This document shows, piece after piece, positions 13,052 to 25,786 of a stretch of DNA of 64,000 nt (positions are counted from its first letter, which is position 1; each line of letters starts with the position of its first letter). The translations under genes were made by a program, and so were the position numbers. This DNA is from Blastocystis sp. subtype 4. Taxonomy: Eukaryota. The stretch is from the NCBI RefSeq assembly GCF_000743755.1, contig NW_014569538.1:1-64000 (forward strand). The letters run 5' to 3'. The notes under the pieces are model-generated. The model had not been told where the DNA came from. It was given only the letters and a program-made list of their open reading frames with translations, and searched no databases.

Positions 13052-16000
13052 TTACTTATGATAATCAATATAAATCATTATTTCGGGGGTGATACCATAG
13101 TGGCGGATAGTATGTTGTTCTTCGATGCGTTTCATTCTCGACACAAGAGTAAACGATTTGGGATCAATATTCAATCTCTTACCAATTGCCTTTTTCCATT
13201 CTTCAATAGAGCAAGAAGGTGAAAGCTGTGTCATAATCACATCTACATCAAATGACTCCATTCTTATTCTACTTCCTTCAGACAGCAGCACATCTCGTTC
13301 CTTCGTTACTGTTAACATGCCATGTAATCCAAATGCAACAATATATTGACGTGGTTCTGATCTTAAACGCCCTTCATATCTCTGTCTCTACTTATGACTG
13401 ACTTTATAGAATCTCACTTCACGAGTCTGACATGCTAAGCACAAGACAGGGAAAAATCGCAGTTCAGGGTATTTCACATTCGTCGATACGAAATAGAACC
13501 CAGTAAGACGGTCTACCACTGGATGATGCTGGAGTAACAATTCCATCTCTCTTTCACTCACCAATTCTATACACTTCTTCTCACTCATTGCCTATCGTTC
13601 ATTCTCTCCCAAATATCTACAGCACACGGTACAGGGGACTTACCCAAGATGAAGTGATCCATGTACCCTGGAATCAGAAGTCCACCATGAGGACAGAGTG
13701 ACAAGAAGCGCATTGGTCCTATATCTTCATATGGTAACTTTCTGTGAAGCCAGGATCTCCAGCGTTGCATCCACTCACCATCCACCAAGAAGTAACATCC
13801 ATCATCAAGGAAAGGGTTATCGGAGAAGTAACTACTGGAGACTCTGATCATTAACAGACCTCAGACACATACAGAGTACGTCGTTCACGTAGACTAAATA
13901 AGATTATATGTTCAAATTCATCACGATAACGTAACTCACTAGAGTATTTAGGTATGAAGTAATTGGATGTTTTGAATGTGTTGTTGATTATTTCTCCATA
14001 CAATTTCATTCCATGTGCAAATCCTGTGCCTACCGGCTGCCCTCTCGAACTGGATTTCGGTTTTGGGGGTGGAGGGGGAGGAGGACGAGGAGGAGGAGCT
14101 GTTAGCAGAGGTGCAACTGGAAGTACTCCTGATGCTATATTAGGTATGGGTCGAGAGGGAGCTGGCTTGGGCACTTCTGGAACTACTGGTTGGACCAAAG
14201 GCTTTCTTATCGTAGAGCGAATGCAAGGAGGAGGTGGAGGAATCTTCTCTTCCTTCAATTTATCATTCACAATAGGACTCAAAGGAAGAACAGGTGTTGA
14301 GGGCTTGATAGAAGTTTTTGCTCGCTTACGCTTACATATATCACAACTCATGATCGTTCTAATTCGAAGGCATGACTAAATACTTACAAGGGTACTTTCA
14401 CAGCATTAGGAAATGATACACTAATCATATTCCATGTCTTAGAAGGTACTACCAACGTATCCATTCGACGGAGATACTGTTTTAGCAAACCATGTTCCTA
14501 CTCTTCATGATTTACTCTCACTCCTACACATAACAATGTCTTGGTTGGTTCTAATTCAATTTGATTTGCCACCCACTGATGGCAAGTACATCGATCAGGA
14601 TGTGCTAGCAAACGTCTTCTTCCTCGTACAGCCACTTTCAACGAAGTTACAAAGGCACTACTAACAATAGCACATCCAGGCTCCATGCGCTCAAGTGCTT
14701 GATCAGACTCTAATTGACGTCTCGAATATTTATCTTCAACTGCTGCTATGGCTTTGTAAAGTTGCGAAAGAGACTGGTGTTGAGCCACACAAGTACGTAA
14801 GAATGAGTTATATCTCTCAGCACACAAATCACAGTATCCAGTAGCATATTTGAAAGAATGAAACGGCTGATTAGACAAATTCGTCATCTTCTCGAATAAC
14901 GGAGCTGAAACTATCTTATAATGTGTTCTAAAGACTAATAATTAGAGTGAATATCAATCCACACATATTGGATCTAACTTTCCATGAGTACAAGAATTCA
15001 CATTCGTTGAATCCTCCTCATCTCCATTCGTATCCACTCGTAATCTCTCTTTCAGATTCTTTTTCAATATTTGAATGATACTCGTAATCAGACTATCTGA
15101 ATCAACACGAACTACTTCAGGCTGATCTATTTCAACATATTCCGCATCGGTTTGATTTAGTTGTCTCTGAGCTTCTTCTTCAGCCGCAGTCATTCGTCGA
15201 AGCTTCGGTTGGGTTCTTAAAGCAGGATTGGCATCAAATATCGCAACTACCTTCTGAATCAGTTCAGTACCTTGAATCCATCTCTGGTACTCTTTTATTG
15301 GGATATACACATCCGAGGTAAAGTCTCGTGTTTGAATTGGATGAGCCTTCAAAGCAGCCAATCGCTTTGAAAGATCTGATCGAAGCTGGAGAAGTGTATG
15401 ATACTCTTCCTGAATTGATGCCTCCTTATTCTTGTTCTCACTAAATATTGAATCCAAATCACTTTGACGGAGACAATTAGTAGTAATCACATGTTCTTGT
15501 TCATCTTCTTCTTGTTCAAAGATATCTCGTCGCATATAACTATGAGTTATTCCCATATTCAGTATTTACAAACACATATAGGCTGATTGGACAGTCATGT
15601 TATTTGTTACCATTCTTCGACTTCGACTTGTTCCTCCCAATAATGGACCTCCCATTGTTACAGTAGTCTCTTCTGGTTTCAAAGGAGTTTCACTCTCAGA
15701 GACATCCTTGTTCAATCGTGATTGCTTTGCTGGTGCTGATAACCCATCTCCTTCTCGCTTCAGTGATGACAATGTTGATGACTGTGTTTCCACACCCTTC
15801 ATATTATCTGACTTCGTAATATCATGAAAAGCAATAGGATCAACAGAAAACGACATATTCGGTTGTTTGAAAGGTCTCCATGGATGTGATTTGACTATGA
15901 TTAAACTTGATTGGAATGAGTACCATCTACATAGGGACAAGCAATCTCCTCCACAACATTATCATTTAACAAATACCATCGATTATCTATCACTCAAATA

Positions 16001-17237
16001 ATATATAGAACACAACGATATTGGACATGACAGGTATAATGACCACGTGTTGCCTGATCTCCATGATGATGAATTGCAGCTACCAATACATAGTCTGATA
16101 CAGTAACAGAAGGATCCTAAAGATCATGATCAAGAAAAAAATAGACCAAATTACTGAAGTTCGCAAAATCGAAGGCAAGTGGAATTTGGACTCCATTTGT
16201 CAGTTTCATTTGATTTCCACTTCCACGATCATATTGAAGTCGCTGCAATCGAAGTACTAGAACGGAGGGAAGTCGTTTGATTTTTGTTAGAACTTCAGCG
16301 TCACACTTGCGATTACATCTAGAAATGAATGAAAGGACTAATGAAGACGATGAACAGAAATATTGCTCACTTCCAACCATCTTCTCCTTAGTGAATTGGA
16401 TTTGAAGAGCATCTTCCAAACGAGGTGAGTTAATTACAGGGCAATCCTAATCATGACGCATTTCAAACATGCCAACAAGAAATGAAAACACATCAGGACG
16501 ATAGAACACTTGATGACAGTTCATACAACATCGACAAAGCAATCGCTCTCCAGTAATTACAGAATCAATCTCTTGCTAGTGGTCATTTCAACAACCTAAC
16601 TGTACAACCAGAGGTTCTTGGTTCTCTTCTATCAGAGAACTTTTGATAGTAGCCATTAACGAGTCGAAAAACTCATGAACATCACATTGAACATGAGGAT
16701 CGATTCCCAGTGCAATGACAAGATCACTGGGATAATAGAAATGACTGTTTGAAAGTGACATTTCTGCAAAAGTCCTCTGGATATTGTAGAGGACAGAATC
16801 GTATTTTGTTGTCCTGGCCGACATTCTACAAATGATACAGTCATAAAACCGGGACATCTGCTTCCTAAATGGCTGAAGTCGGAATAAACACTGAAGTAAT
16901 ACATTGACATAACAGGTATTATGAGCATTTAGTAAGCCCATTGGAATATCGCTATCTCGGATCATGTGAGTTACAGCATCCTTTACACGATCCAATTCTT
17001 CAACCAGAAATTGAGTACTACTTTCTCCAATGTTATATCTACATATGAGACTAAATAATGGAACCATACAAACAGTACGGATTATCTTGGCAATTACAAT
17101 TACTTCGATGACCTAATAAATCATAAAGAATTACTAGACTAACCCTCTTGCGGACAGATGCAGTAATTTAGATGATAGCAGTCAGCTATCTCCAACCCTA
17201 CAGTATCTTTCTTATTGATACCCGATAAAACAGACAT
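13052..17237 (-). CDS. USP48/UBP26-like ubiquitin-specific protease with DUSP-like and C-terminal ubiquitin-like regions
   Basis: N-terminal C..NPYCL; Cys box GLLNAHNTCYVNVLLQ; His box HHHGDQATRGHYTC; LVDGEWMQRWRSWL...LCPHGGL; Ubl-like C-terminus. Confidence 0.85.
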
Positions 17238-17519
17238 CGCTCTGTTTATGGAATCCAACTAGCCAAATAGGTTTTTGAATTATACTTATTGAATAAATGG
17301 GTTTTGAACAAGTGGCAAAATTCTGGTGTATTTTGTCCATGGTGCCATTTGCCTGCGACGCAAACTGAGAGTGCCACAAATATTCAACCATGGGAATAAG
17401 ATAGTTTTTGACAACTAGAAGAATCGCGGGAATCTGATAATGTGTAATTGAATTGCTTCTGACGCGTTATTTGTTTTTGGTTCGACCAATCAACACTTAT
17501 TTGTATTCTTTGCCATTAT

Positions 17520-19057
17520 ATGAGCGTATATCTTCTCTTTTGTGTCATATTGTAGTGCATCCAAGAAGAATCTGTTTCTGAGAGGCAAAGATCCGTCGGA
17601 CAGATTCTTCCAGAGTTGTCTTTATCTGATACCTCTCCTTCAGGAAAGGATAGTTCTGGTTCTACTCTGTATGGTTATCTCCCTGGTTGCTTTTGGATCA
17701 AGTCCTCATTAGTAGTTAGTCAGTCCAATACTAGTCTCAGTAGTCTCACTTCGATTTCTGCTCCAAGTTCTTTTAGTTGGTCCAGTGCTCTCCATCTCTT
17801 CCGTTCTTGGCATTCGAAATCTCGATCTGTTAGTCCTAGTCGGAGCTGTACATGTTAGCATCCTGGATTCACCTTTAGTCAATGACTCTGTTCCTGATTT
17901 GTCGTTTGATTCAACATATGATGAAGTATGTTTGTGAAAGGGATATCACGATTAGAATATGATTTCACGGGGTGATTCTATCTTACATCTGCTACCTGCC
18001 AAAACGCGACATGTTTATATTCGCAATCATTTTTCTATATCTCGTCATCAGATTCTTTGTGCTAATGGTATTTTCTATCTTCCTGACGTTGTCATTGATA
18101 CGACTCGTGTCGGTGTCACCAAACAAGCCCGACGCGTTATTAAGCAATATGGAAGATATGTGATTGATCCAACTACTTCTCCTGTTGCTGTCTCTCTGAT
18201 GTGGAAGGTCATCTTAATAATCTTTTCTAATCTTCTAGTCTTCTATTAGTGAAGCTTTGCGATTTGACGACAAGGATTACCAACGTGCTTTGCGTATTCA
18301 ATCAGATCTGAATAATCAACGAGATAATCCCCATGTTGTGAAACTTTACCATCTTCTAGGTATGAAATTGTCTGTTCTGTGAATGCTAGAAACAGATACT
18401 CACATTATTGCTGTGATGGAGATCGTGAATGGAGATATTGAATGTTATAAAGATTGGATCCGAACTCAACATCTTGAAAAAGAGGTATTTTCTCAGCTTA
18501 TTGACGCTTATCGACATGTTCTTCGATGTGGATACTATCATTGCAATTTGAGTACAGAAACCGTTCTATTGCAATTGCAAGCTAATTCTGATAATCCTTC
18601 TTCTACTGTGATTGTAATCAAATTATCAGGATTCGAACAAGCGATTCCTATCTCTACTAGTCGATCTATTTCTGCGGATGGAGCATGCAAAGGAAATACA
18701 TCCTTCATGGCTCCGGAAGTAGCATTCTCGGGATGTGTTGACAATTAGTGTTTTGAGGATTCGTATCGGCCGGGACAGGCAGATATTTGGAGCTTAGGAA
18801 TAATTTTATTTTGTTTACTTGTGGGCGAGACTCCTTTTGACATTGCCAATTCTAGTGATCCTTTCTTTCTTGCTTTCCAAGATGATGGATTTGATTCTAT
18901 CCGTCCTTCTCTAATTGAAGCGAATGCTAGTCCTGATTCCATAGGTATGATTGTAACAGCTTGTTGAGTCGTAGTTTTATTAGAGAAGATGCTTGTTGAG
19001 AACCCATCAGATCGGATCTGCTTTCAAGATCTATGCAAAGAAGCCTATGTACAATAA
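17520..19057 (+). CDS. Protein kinase-fold protein, probable pseudokinase
   Basis: PHVVKLY, GNTSFMAPE and ADIWSLGIILF present; catalytic loop reads HCNLSTET and the DFG position reads GFE. Confidence 0.75.
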
Positions 19058-19113
19058 TCGTTTGGATTGTTTATAAGAAACACACGCAATTGCGGTTCAA
19101 CTAAAAGATGTCC

Positions 19114-19762
19114 CTACAGAAGTTTCAGGGAGTACAAACCATCTCTTCCAGTAATCTTGTCAATCCGTTCCTCTCGATCTGGACCCAATGCTACCACAGT
19201 GAACGTATTTGGTTCCAATTGCGTTCTTCCGGCATCACGCTATATGAAAGATACAGACCTCAACCTACCACTGCATAATACGTTATGCCGCACTTTTCTG
19301 CTTCTTGACAGATGTTATAAAAGGTCTCTTCATCAGGACAGGAAAGAGCGACCTTCTTACACCCACTTCGTTTCCAACTTCGATATAAGTCTAGAGATTA
19401 TTATTCCCTTTTTCGAATACCCTTTGTATTTCGTTTTGCACGATCTACTGCCCCCACTGCAGCATGACAACATTGTGCACAAGCCTTTCCCTTTGTCATT
19501 GGAAGGTCTTTACGAACACATAGAACCATTTTTAGGCTGAAATCTAGATACTAAACCTACCAAAACACAAATCACCAGGATCCTCATCTTCCTCATCACT
19601 TTCTTCTTCATCCTCTGTATCACTATCGGAGTAATCGGAATCTGAATCGTCTTCTATCGTTTGCTTCTCATGCCACTTGTAACCAATAAAAATTCCTAAA
19701 CCGATTGATAAGAGGAATCCAAGACATGCCAATATAATTACACGAAGGAATACGGCGTCCAT
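19114..19762 (-). CDS. PTH2: Peptidyl-tRNA hydrolase 2 with N-terminal TM anchor
   Basis: [19 protein letters not shown]...IDKITG...LKLL* C-terminus. Confidence 0.9.
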
Positions 19763-19856
19763 GAAGAGATACTAATGGTGACAAAAGTGTTTTGTATTTC
19801 TGGAATCAGTTGGGGGACCTATTTTGGTCACTCATATTCACCCTTTGGAACGTCGA

Positions 19857-20145
19857 ATGGATATCCGTGATGTTGATACGATAGTCCGTGGTTGGAGAAG
19901 AAACAGGGATTCATCTCAGCAATAGTTTGTTCCGATCATTCTACTCATTCGTAGTCGTATTTTCCCTAATTACTGGACAGGAGACGATTATAGAAAATGT
20001 ATTTATATAGTAGATGAGCAGAAATCCACATCATGGCGTCCACTCCGAGTATTTGTTACATTTTTCTTCTTATAGACTAGAGCCATTCGCTGCGATTCGC
20101 ATTGATCGTGTTCTGTATAGTTTATACTGTATCATTGTTTTCTGA
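19857..20145 (+). CDS. Possible small hypothetical gene (exon structure unresolved)
   Basis: Several intron-like ~30-nt GT-AG segments and a TGT-rich end element near 20150; no unique reading frame. Confidence 0.25.
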
Positions 20146-20173
20146 GTCTTGTCTTTGTTAACAAACATGTTCC

Positions 20174-22695
20174 TTACCAATCTTCACCCACAAGGAGGTC
20201 GTGGAAGTTCAAAGGAGCGAACTTGTATCCCTTTCCAGCATAGAACTTTGTCTGGAACTCGACCCAGTGGAGACGAAGAGCGTGAAGATAACACTCCAAA
20301 GCGTCCATAACAAGCAACACACCAAGTGTAGCAAGGGCAAAGAAGATGAAGAGAATGTACAGCATAATAGGATTGCCGGAATCCAGACCAGGCTGCAGAA
20401 TCTTATTCCAGAACACTTCAGACAACTGGGAGTGAGCCAATGACAGAGCCCACAGACGGAGATACGAGGCAGTATGTGAAATACAACCCAAACAATACTC
20501 AATAGTCTCAATACCCTGGAAGATCAACAACTCCATAAAGGAAGTGGGGTGACTCTCCTCATGAGGCAACGTAGGATTCTTCATCAATTCGGATTCTTCC
20601 TCTTGGTGAGGATGCTTCTTAGCCCGTCTTGACAAGATAATGGGCTTGATAATTAGCATCCAAGGGACTGAAAGCACCATCAGGATCAACAAATAGAACT
20701 GAACCTGTCCCTGGGACTCAAACAGAGGATCATCCACTTGACCTGGATGAAGCGCAAAACTAATCAAAGTATTAATCAGAGATGGAGGTGTATCATCTTG
20801 AGCCATACGTACATCCCAATTGATCAACCATTTCATTACAATCAACACAATCATCCATCCGAAAAAGGTTAACATGAAGAGCATCTGAGGAACAGCTTCA
20901 CACCAGAAATCCACCCAATTCTTCATATAAACGTTATTCATAAACTTCAGAACCACACCAAGAATCATTTGAGCAATTCCAAAAATAACGGCGAATTTCA
21001 TCTTGAAAGAGTTATAGAACAAAAGAGAATTCTCCTTGTCATGCCACACAGGATCCAGACCCATAGGATACACTCTTCCATTCCACACACCCTTGACTTG
21101 GCCCTCAGGGAAAGACCATGTGCTACCGAACCAATCCACACCAATTGAGAACTGATCATTATATAGGAAGCCCACATACATGGCATAAATACCCATCAGA
21201 ATGAGCATACAACGACCCGAGAAGATCATACTAATAATCTCATTCATACCGTTCTTCTTCAATTGCTTGCTATTGACAATAAAGTAGATTGAAACAAGAA
21301 GGATAAAGAGAGCTTAATATGAATGATCAATAATCATTACTTACCATGACCTAAATCACCGAACATAATACCAAATTGGAATGGGAAGGTTACGAGAGTA
21401 AACACAGCTGGATTGCATTCCTTGTATGATGGTACTCCGTATGTGTCTACCACACATTGTGTGATACTTGTGAATTCATTTGTATGGAAATGAGTAGGAG
21501 GCATTGGCCAAGGCTTCTGCATAATTTCCAAGTATCCATTACTCTCCTTACCTCGATGAACATCATCAATCACTGTACGCAGATCCTTCAGTGACTCGGT
21601 AAGAACCCATCCTTCACCATACATGTTACCAGAAGAGACAGGTCGGAACTTGTTAAACACGTCAAATACAGCCTTCTCCTTCTTCACTGTCCATTCCCAC
21701 ACTCGCATGTAATGGGCGACCTTACGAAGTACTTCCTCACACTTGTCAATATTGACCTTCAACACACGCTCTGAATCCTCCAACTCAGACACTACCTGAG
21801 TATAGGCAGATCGGACACTCATAGGATCATTGAAGTCAGCAATATTGTAGGCGTGACCATCAAATGCATCAATGATCTTACGCACCTTCGACTCGATCAG
21901 ACTTGAGCGGAACACGATGAGGAACACAGAGACATGCACATCTCGACCAGACTCAGGGTCTGCCAGAGGCATCTCCACATCACTGAAACGCACTAAGCAG
22001 TTGCCACGTGTGGCTCGGAACAACATTCGCTCAAAACGAACCTTATCATCAATCTTAATCACACCAGTAATGTATCCAAATCGGATCGCATCACCTCCTC
22101 TCTCTACGCATCACAAGTCCCGAGAACTCATACCCATGCGATCTGCCGGTGTTTCGTTTGTTGTAATATCCTTCGCCGAAACAGCGATATTTTCGTTGCG
22201 GAAGAACTTATTTCCGTGCTCCAAGACAAATTTCTGCTCAACCTTGACGTTGTACTGAGTAGTCAAATCGATGTTGTACTTCTCAAGCTCCTTGAGTGTG
22301 TTCTCATTCTCCTCCAGCAGACTCTCCAGAGAGGTCAACAATTGCTCTGAGGTAATAGCCTTATTGGCCTTGATTGTAGCCAGATAATCTCCGATTTCGC
22401 CGTTATCTTCGATCTCCAGACCAAATTTGTGGAGCTGTTTCTCGAAGTACTCCAGACGGCGTTCCATCTCGTCACAGCGTCGGATATAACTGACATAACG
22501 TCTCTGAGCAGCCGTTTGCTCGTAGTTCAACTAGGAGTAAGAATCCTCCAAACCACGTCATCCTACATCCGTAAACTGCACATTGTTCATAGTTCCGATT
22601 TTGTCAACGAAATCATGAAGGGCTGACTCATGAATCAGCATCTTCACGTAAGACATGTCGCTTGAGCGAAGCCACTGGAAAAGCTTTTCAGGCAT
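20174..22695 (-). CDS. V-type H+-ATPase V0 subunit a
   Basis: LRSSDMSY; FERMLFRATRGN; PPTHFHTNEFT; ISHTASYLRLWALSLAHSQLS; LRLHWVEFQTKFY. Confidence 0.97.
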
Positions 22696-22819
22696 CCTTA
22701 GGGTCCTAATCTATTACAATTCATTATTTAATCCCACCTAATGCTTGTCTTTATGGAGTTCTTACATCGTGGAAAAAGAGGAAACCGGGAAATTAGTAAC
22801 ATGATTCAACAAACAAAAC

Positions 22820-25563
22820 CAATACAAGGAATCCTCTTTTGCCACAAAAACAGGAACCACGTTTTCAATCCGAGTAATCCACAAATTGGCACATTCAGGA
22901 TGATACTTGCGACCCAGCAAGCTTCCCATGCTTCGGTCACTCCTGGAAGCATGAAGACAAAGTTGACATGTACATTTATCATGGTAATCAAAGTCGAGTC
23001 TCTTGTACTCAATTCGAGTTGTATCCTCCTTCTGCGCCTCATTATACACTATAACAATATCTTTGTATATCTTTTCACACTCCTCAAAGTAACCTTCCAT
23101 TTCATTTCCAATAATCGTCATCGTATCATCAATACGCTGAGCAACCCGAATGCACCACTGTAGATCTACATCTCACAATTCCCCTGGACTCCCACTTTGC
23201 ATCCACGTCCGAACTCTGGAATCTTGTAAAACCTCTTTGCGAATATCTTCCTCAATTCCATCAATCCACTGCTGGCATTCTTCCAGTATCTTCCGACATT
23301 CCAACAACATCTTCATCCAATGCTGAACGAACAACGCATTTTCCTTCACTGAAGCCAATTCAACTATGTCTGTACAGAACGACAGCTTGTCAATCAACTT
23401 GAGGTATGTGTTCAGATTATTCATCTCCACGAATATCACAGGATCTTCAGGAATAAATCGTTTCGTATACTCAGTCATGCTCACATCACAGGCATCTAAT
23501 CGTTTCTTTAACTATAAATGAAACTCCCCATTCAATCTCACTTCATTCAGTGTATCTGGAACAGGCTCTCTTGATGTATACATCTTCATGATCTCAATAG
23601 GATTCGGAATGGTCTTCTGTAGACGACGAATTTGTTCAATAGGAGCGTGCTGGTTCATGAGGTCCCGAATCTGAGCCTGGACCGTGAGATAGGACTGCAA
23701 CTGTTGGATCTCTCGCAAATCGCCTTTGCGTAGCAGAGACTCAAATAGGTCTTTCGTATTCTCATAGAAGTCCTTCTTAGGAGGCATATCACCTCGAGAG
23801 GGCATACGTGCTGGCTGGAGAAGCGGCCGTGGTGGTTGTGATGGTCCTTGTGATGGTGACAGAAGGTGGATTGGAATAGTAGGCTGGGATGGAGGAGAAG
23901 CGATCATAGAACGGGCTTTCACATTCTCAATCTCGCTTCGAATGCGCTCTAGAGCCGTCTGAGCTTGTTCACAGAAGGCTTGATCTGATGGAATTGATGG
24001 AATATCACATAGATACACTGTCTTATCAACCAATCTCCATTACCTACAAGGTCTTTTAGGCTCAGTGTGTGGATCCTTCAGTAACACCAACAACCGTTTG
24101 AGAACCGGAAGATCAATTGAATCCAGTGTTGGATTTTCCGCTAACAACACAGAAACAGCCTGTTTCAATTCATTAACATCCACTTGAAGAGATCGAAGTT
24201 CTCGGATTGTATCCTTTAAGGAGAGAGGAAGCGAAGGAAGGGTTTGAAGAATGTGATCAGTAAAGCGAGTCCAGACGATCTCTGCCTTATGCACCCCTAT
24301 CAATGAAGAGGAGAGGAAAGAAATACAGTCTTGTATGGATGGAGTCTGCTGAGGACTCATAGGGAGAGAAGAGGGTTGCGGAGGAGGTGGTGGCATTTGT
24401 AGTTGTGGCCTTGTTTCTTGTTCTGGTACCTGTAAGGGGCTTGTTGGTAGAGATGGAGGGCTCGACATTCCTTGTAGAGTATTTGGTGATATTTGACGGG
24501 GACCTGACATCATCTGCTGAGGACTCGCCATCTGAGGTACCGTCTGCTGCTGAAGACTTGCTATTTGGTGAGGACTCATTGTTACTTGAAGTGGACTTGA
24601 CATCTGTTGAGGTATTGTTGATGGTTGAGGACTCATTACCTGAGGACTCATCATTTGCTGTTGAACATTCACTGCCATCTGCGAAGGACTCATCATCTGC
24701 TGTTGAGGACTCATCATATTCCAGTTCCATTGTGTTGACACCACAGGCTGAGTCACTGTTTCTTCCTCATTCATTCGTAATAAGTCCATAGACTCACTAG
24801 AAGAAATCGCTTCAGCACCTGTTGAAGGCTTTGCCAACACTTCAGGTTGATGCTGAAGCGCCTCCAGTAATAACGACTCGCTGAACCGATGACCTCGATT
24901 AATGTAGGCAGCGAGAAGAATGTAGATTTCCCATTGTTCTTGGGTGATTTTCAACTTGGAATCGAAATCAACGAACATCCATAACTATAATTCATTTCTT
25001 AATATTATAACAACAGATTTAATAGTATCCTTGTCAAAGTTGAAGTCCTTTAAGTAGTTCACAGAAACCTTTCCCTAGGTCAAAGCCTACAAACACCTCA
25101 TACATTAATATAATCACCAGATGAAAGCTTATTAAAAGACTGAACAGCAAAACGACGCAGAGAACGGTTAACAGGTTGAAAGACAGGAATACCATCCAAT
25201 TCTGCAAAATTGACATTCTTATTCACTGAATATTATCCAATAGAATCAATACACACCACAACGGGACAACAAATCTTTGGAAGGATCGTATCCCTCTTGG
25301 ACCAAGGCAATACATCTCATCACATTTCGAAAGGACTCTTTGTCGATTTGCAGCGACTTAGATGGTAATACATTGACCCAGATCTACAATAAAGAGGATT
25401 ACATCGATCTAACCTTCTTAATATCTTCTGCAGAGAGATTCGATTTCCTTAGAAACGAAACTGCGGCTTTTCCAGACAATGCATCAGAATCGTCTTTGAT
25501 TGCAAAGGCATAGACGGCATCATAGTACAAAACCTCTTGGTAATTTTGGATGTACTGAGTCAT
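22820..25563 (-). CDS. EH-domain (Eps15-like) protein with an SP/Q-rich region and a C-terminal Cys/His motif
   Basis: LSGKAAVSFLRKSNLSAEDIKKIW (EH); second EH-like segment; MSPQQ repeats; CQLC...YHPECANLW; stop probably TG+A at 22821-22820. Confidence 0.7.
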
Positions 25564-25590
25564 CGATTCAATAGAAGACTGAGAGAAAAA

Positions 25591-25672
25591 TGCAAGCGGT
25601 GGGACTCGAACCCACGCGTGCGAACACACTACGACCTGAACGTAGCACCTTGGACCACTCGGTCACGCTTGC
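25591..25672 (-). tRNA. tRNA-Leu(CAG)
   Basis: GCAAGCG/CGCTTGC acceptor stem, anticodon arm CTACG-TTCAGGT-CGTAG, long variable arm, GGTTCGAGTCC T-arm, followed by a T5 Pol III terminator. Confidence 0.97.
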
Positions 25673-25786
25673 TTCGTTCTATTTTTCCTTCTTCACTACT
25701 TGAAGTCGTGACTAGAGATTCAGAGTATCAACAAACACATTCAGATAATATTATACAATGGGGCAATCACACTAAATGGACAACAT

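Noticed and set aside
17337..17460. TPP riboswitch
   Set aside because: Only the GGTGC...CTGAGA...ACC half is present; the 3' GCGNAGGGA part is absent and neither flanking gene relates to thiamine
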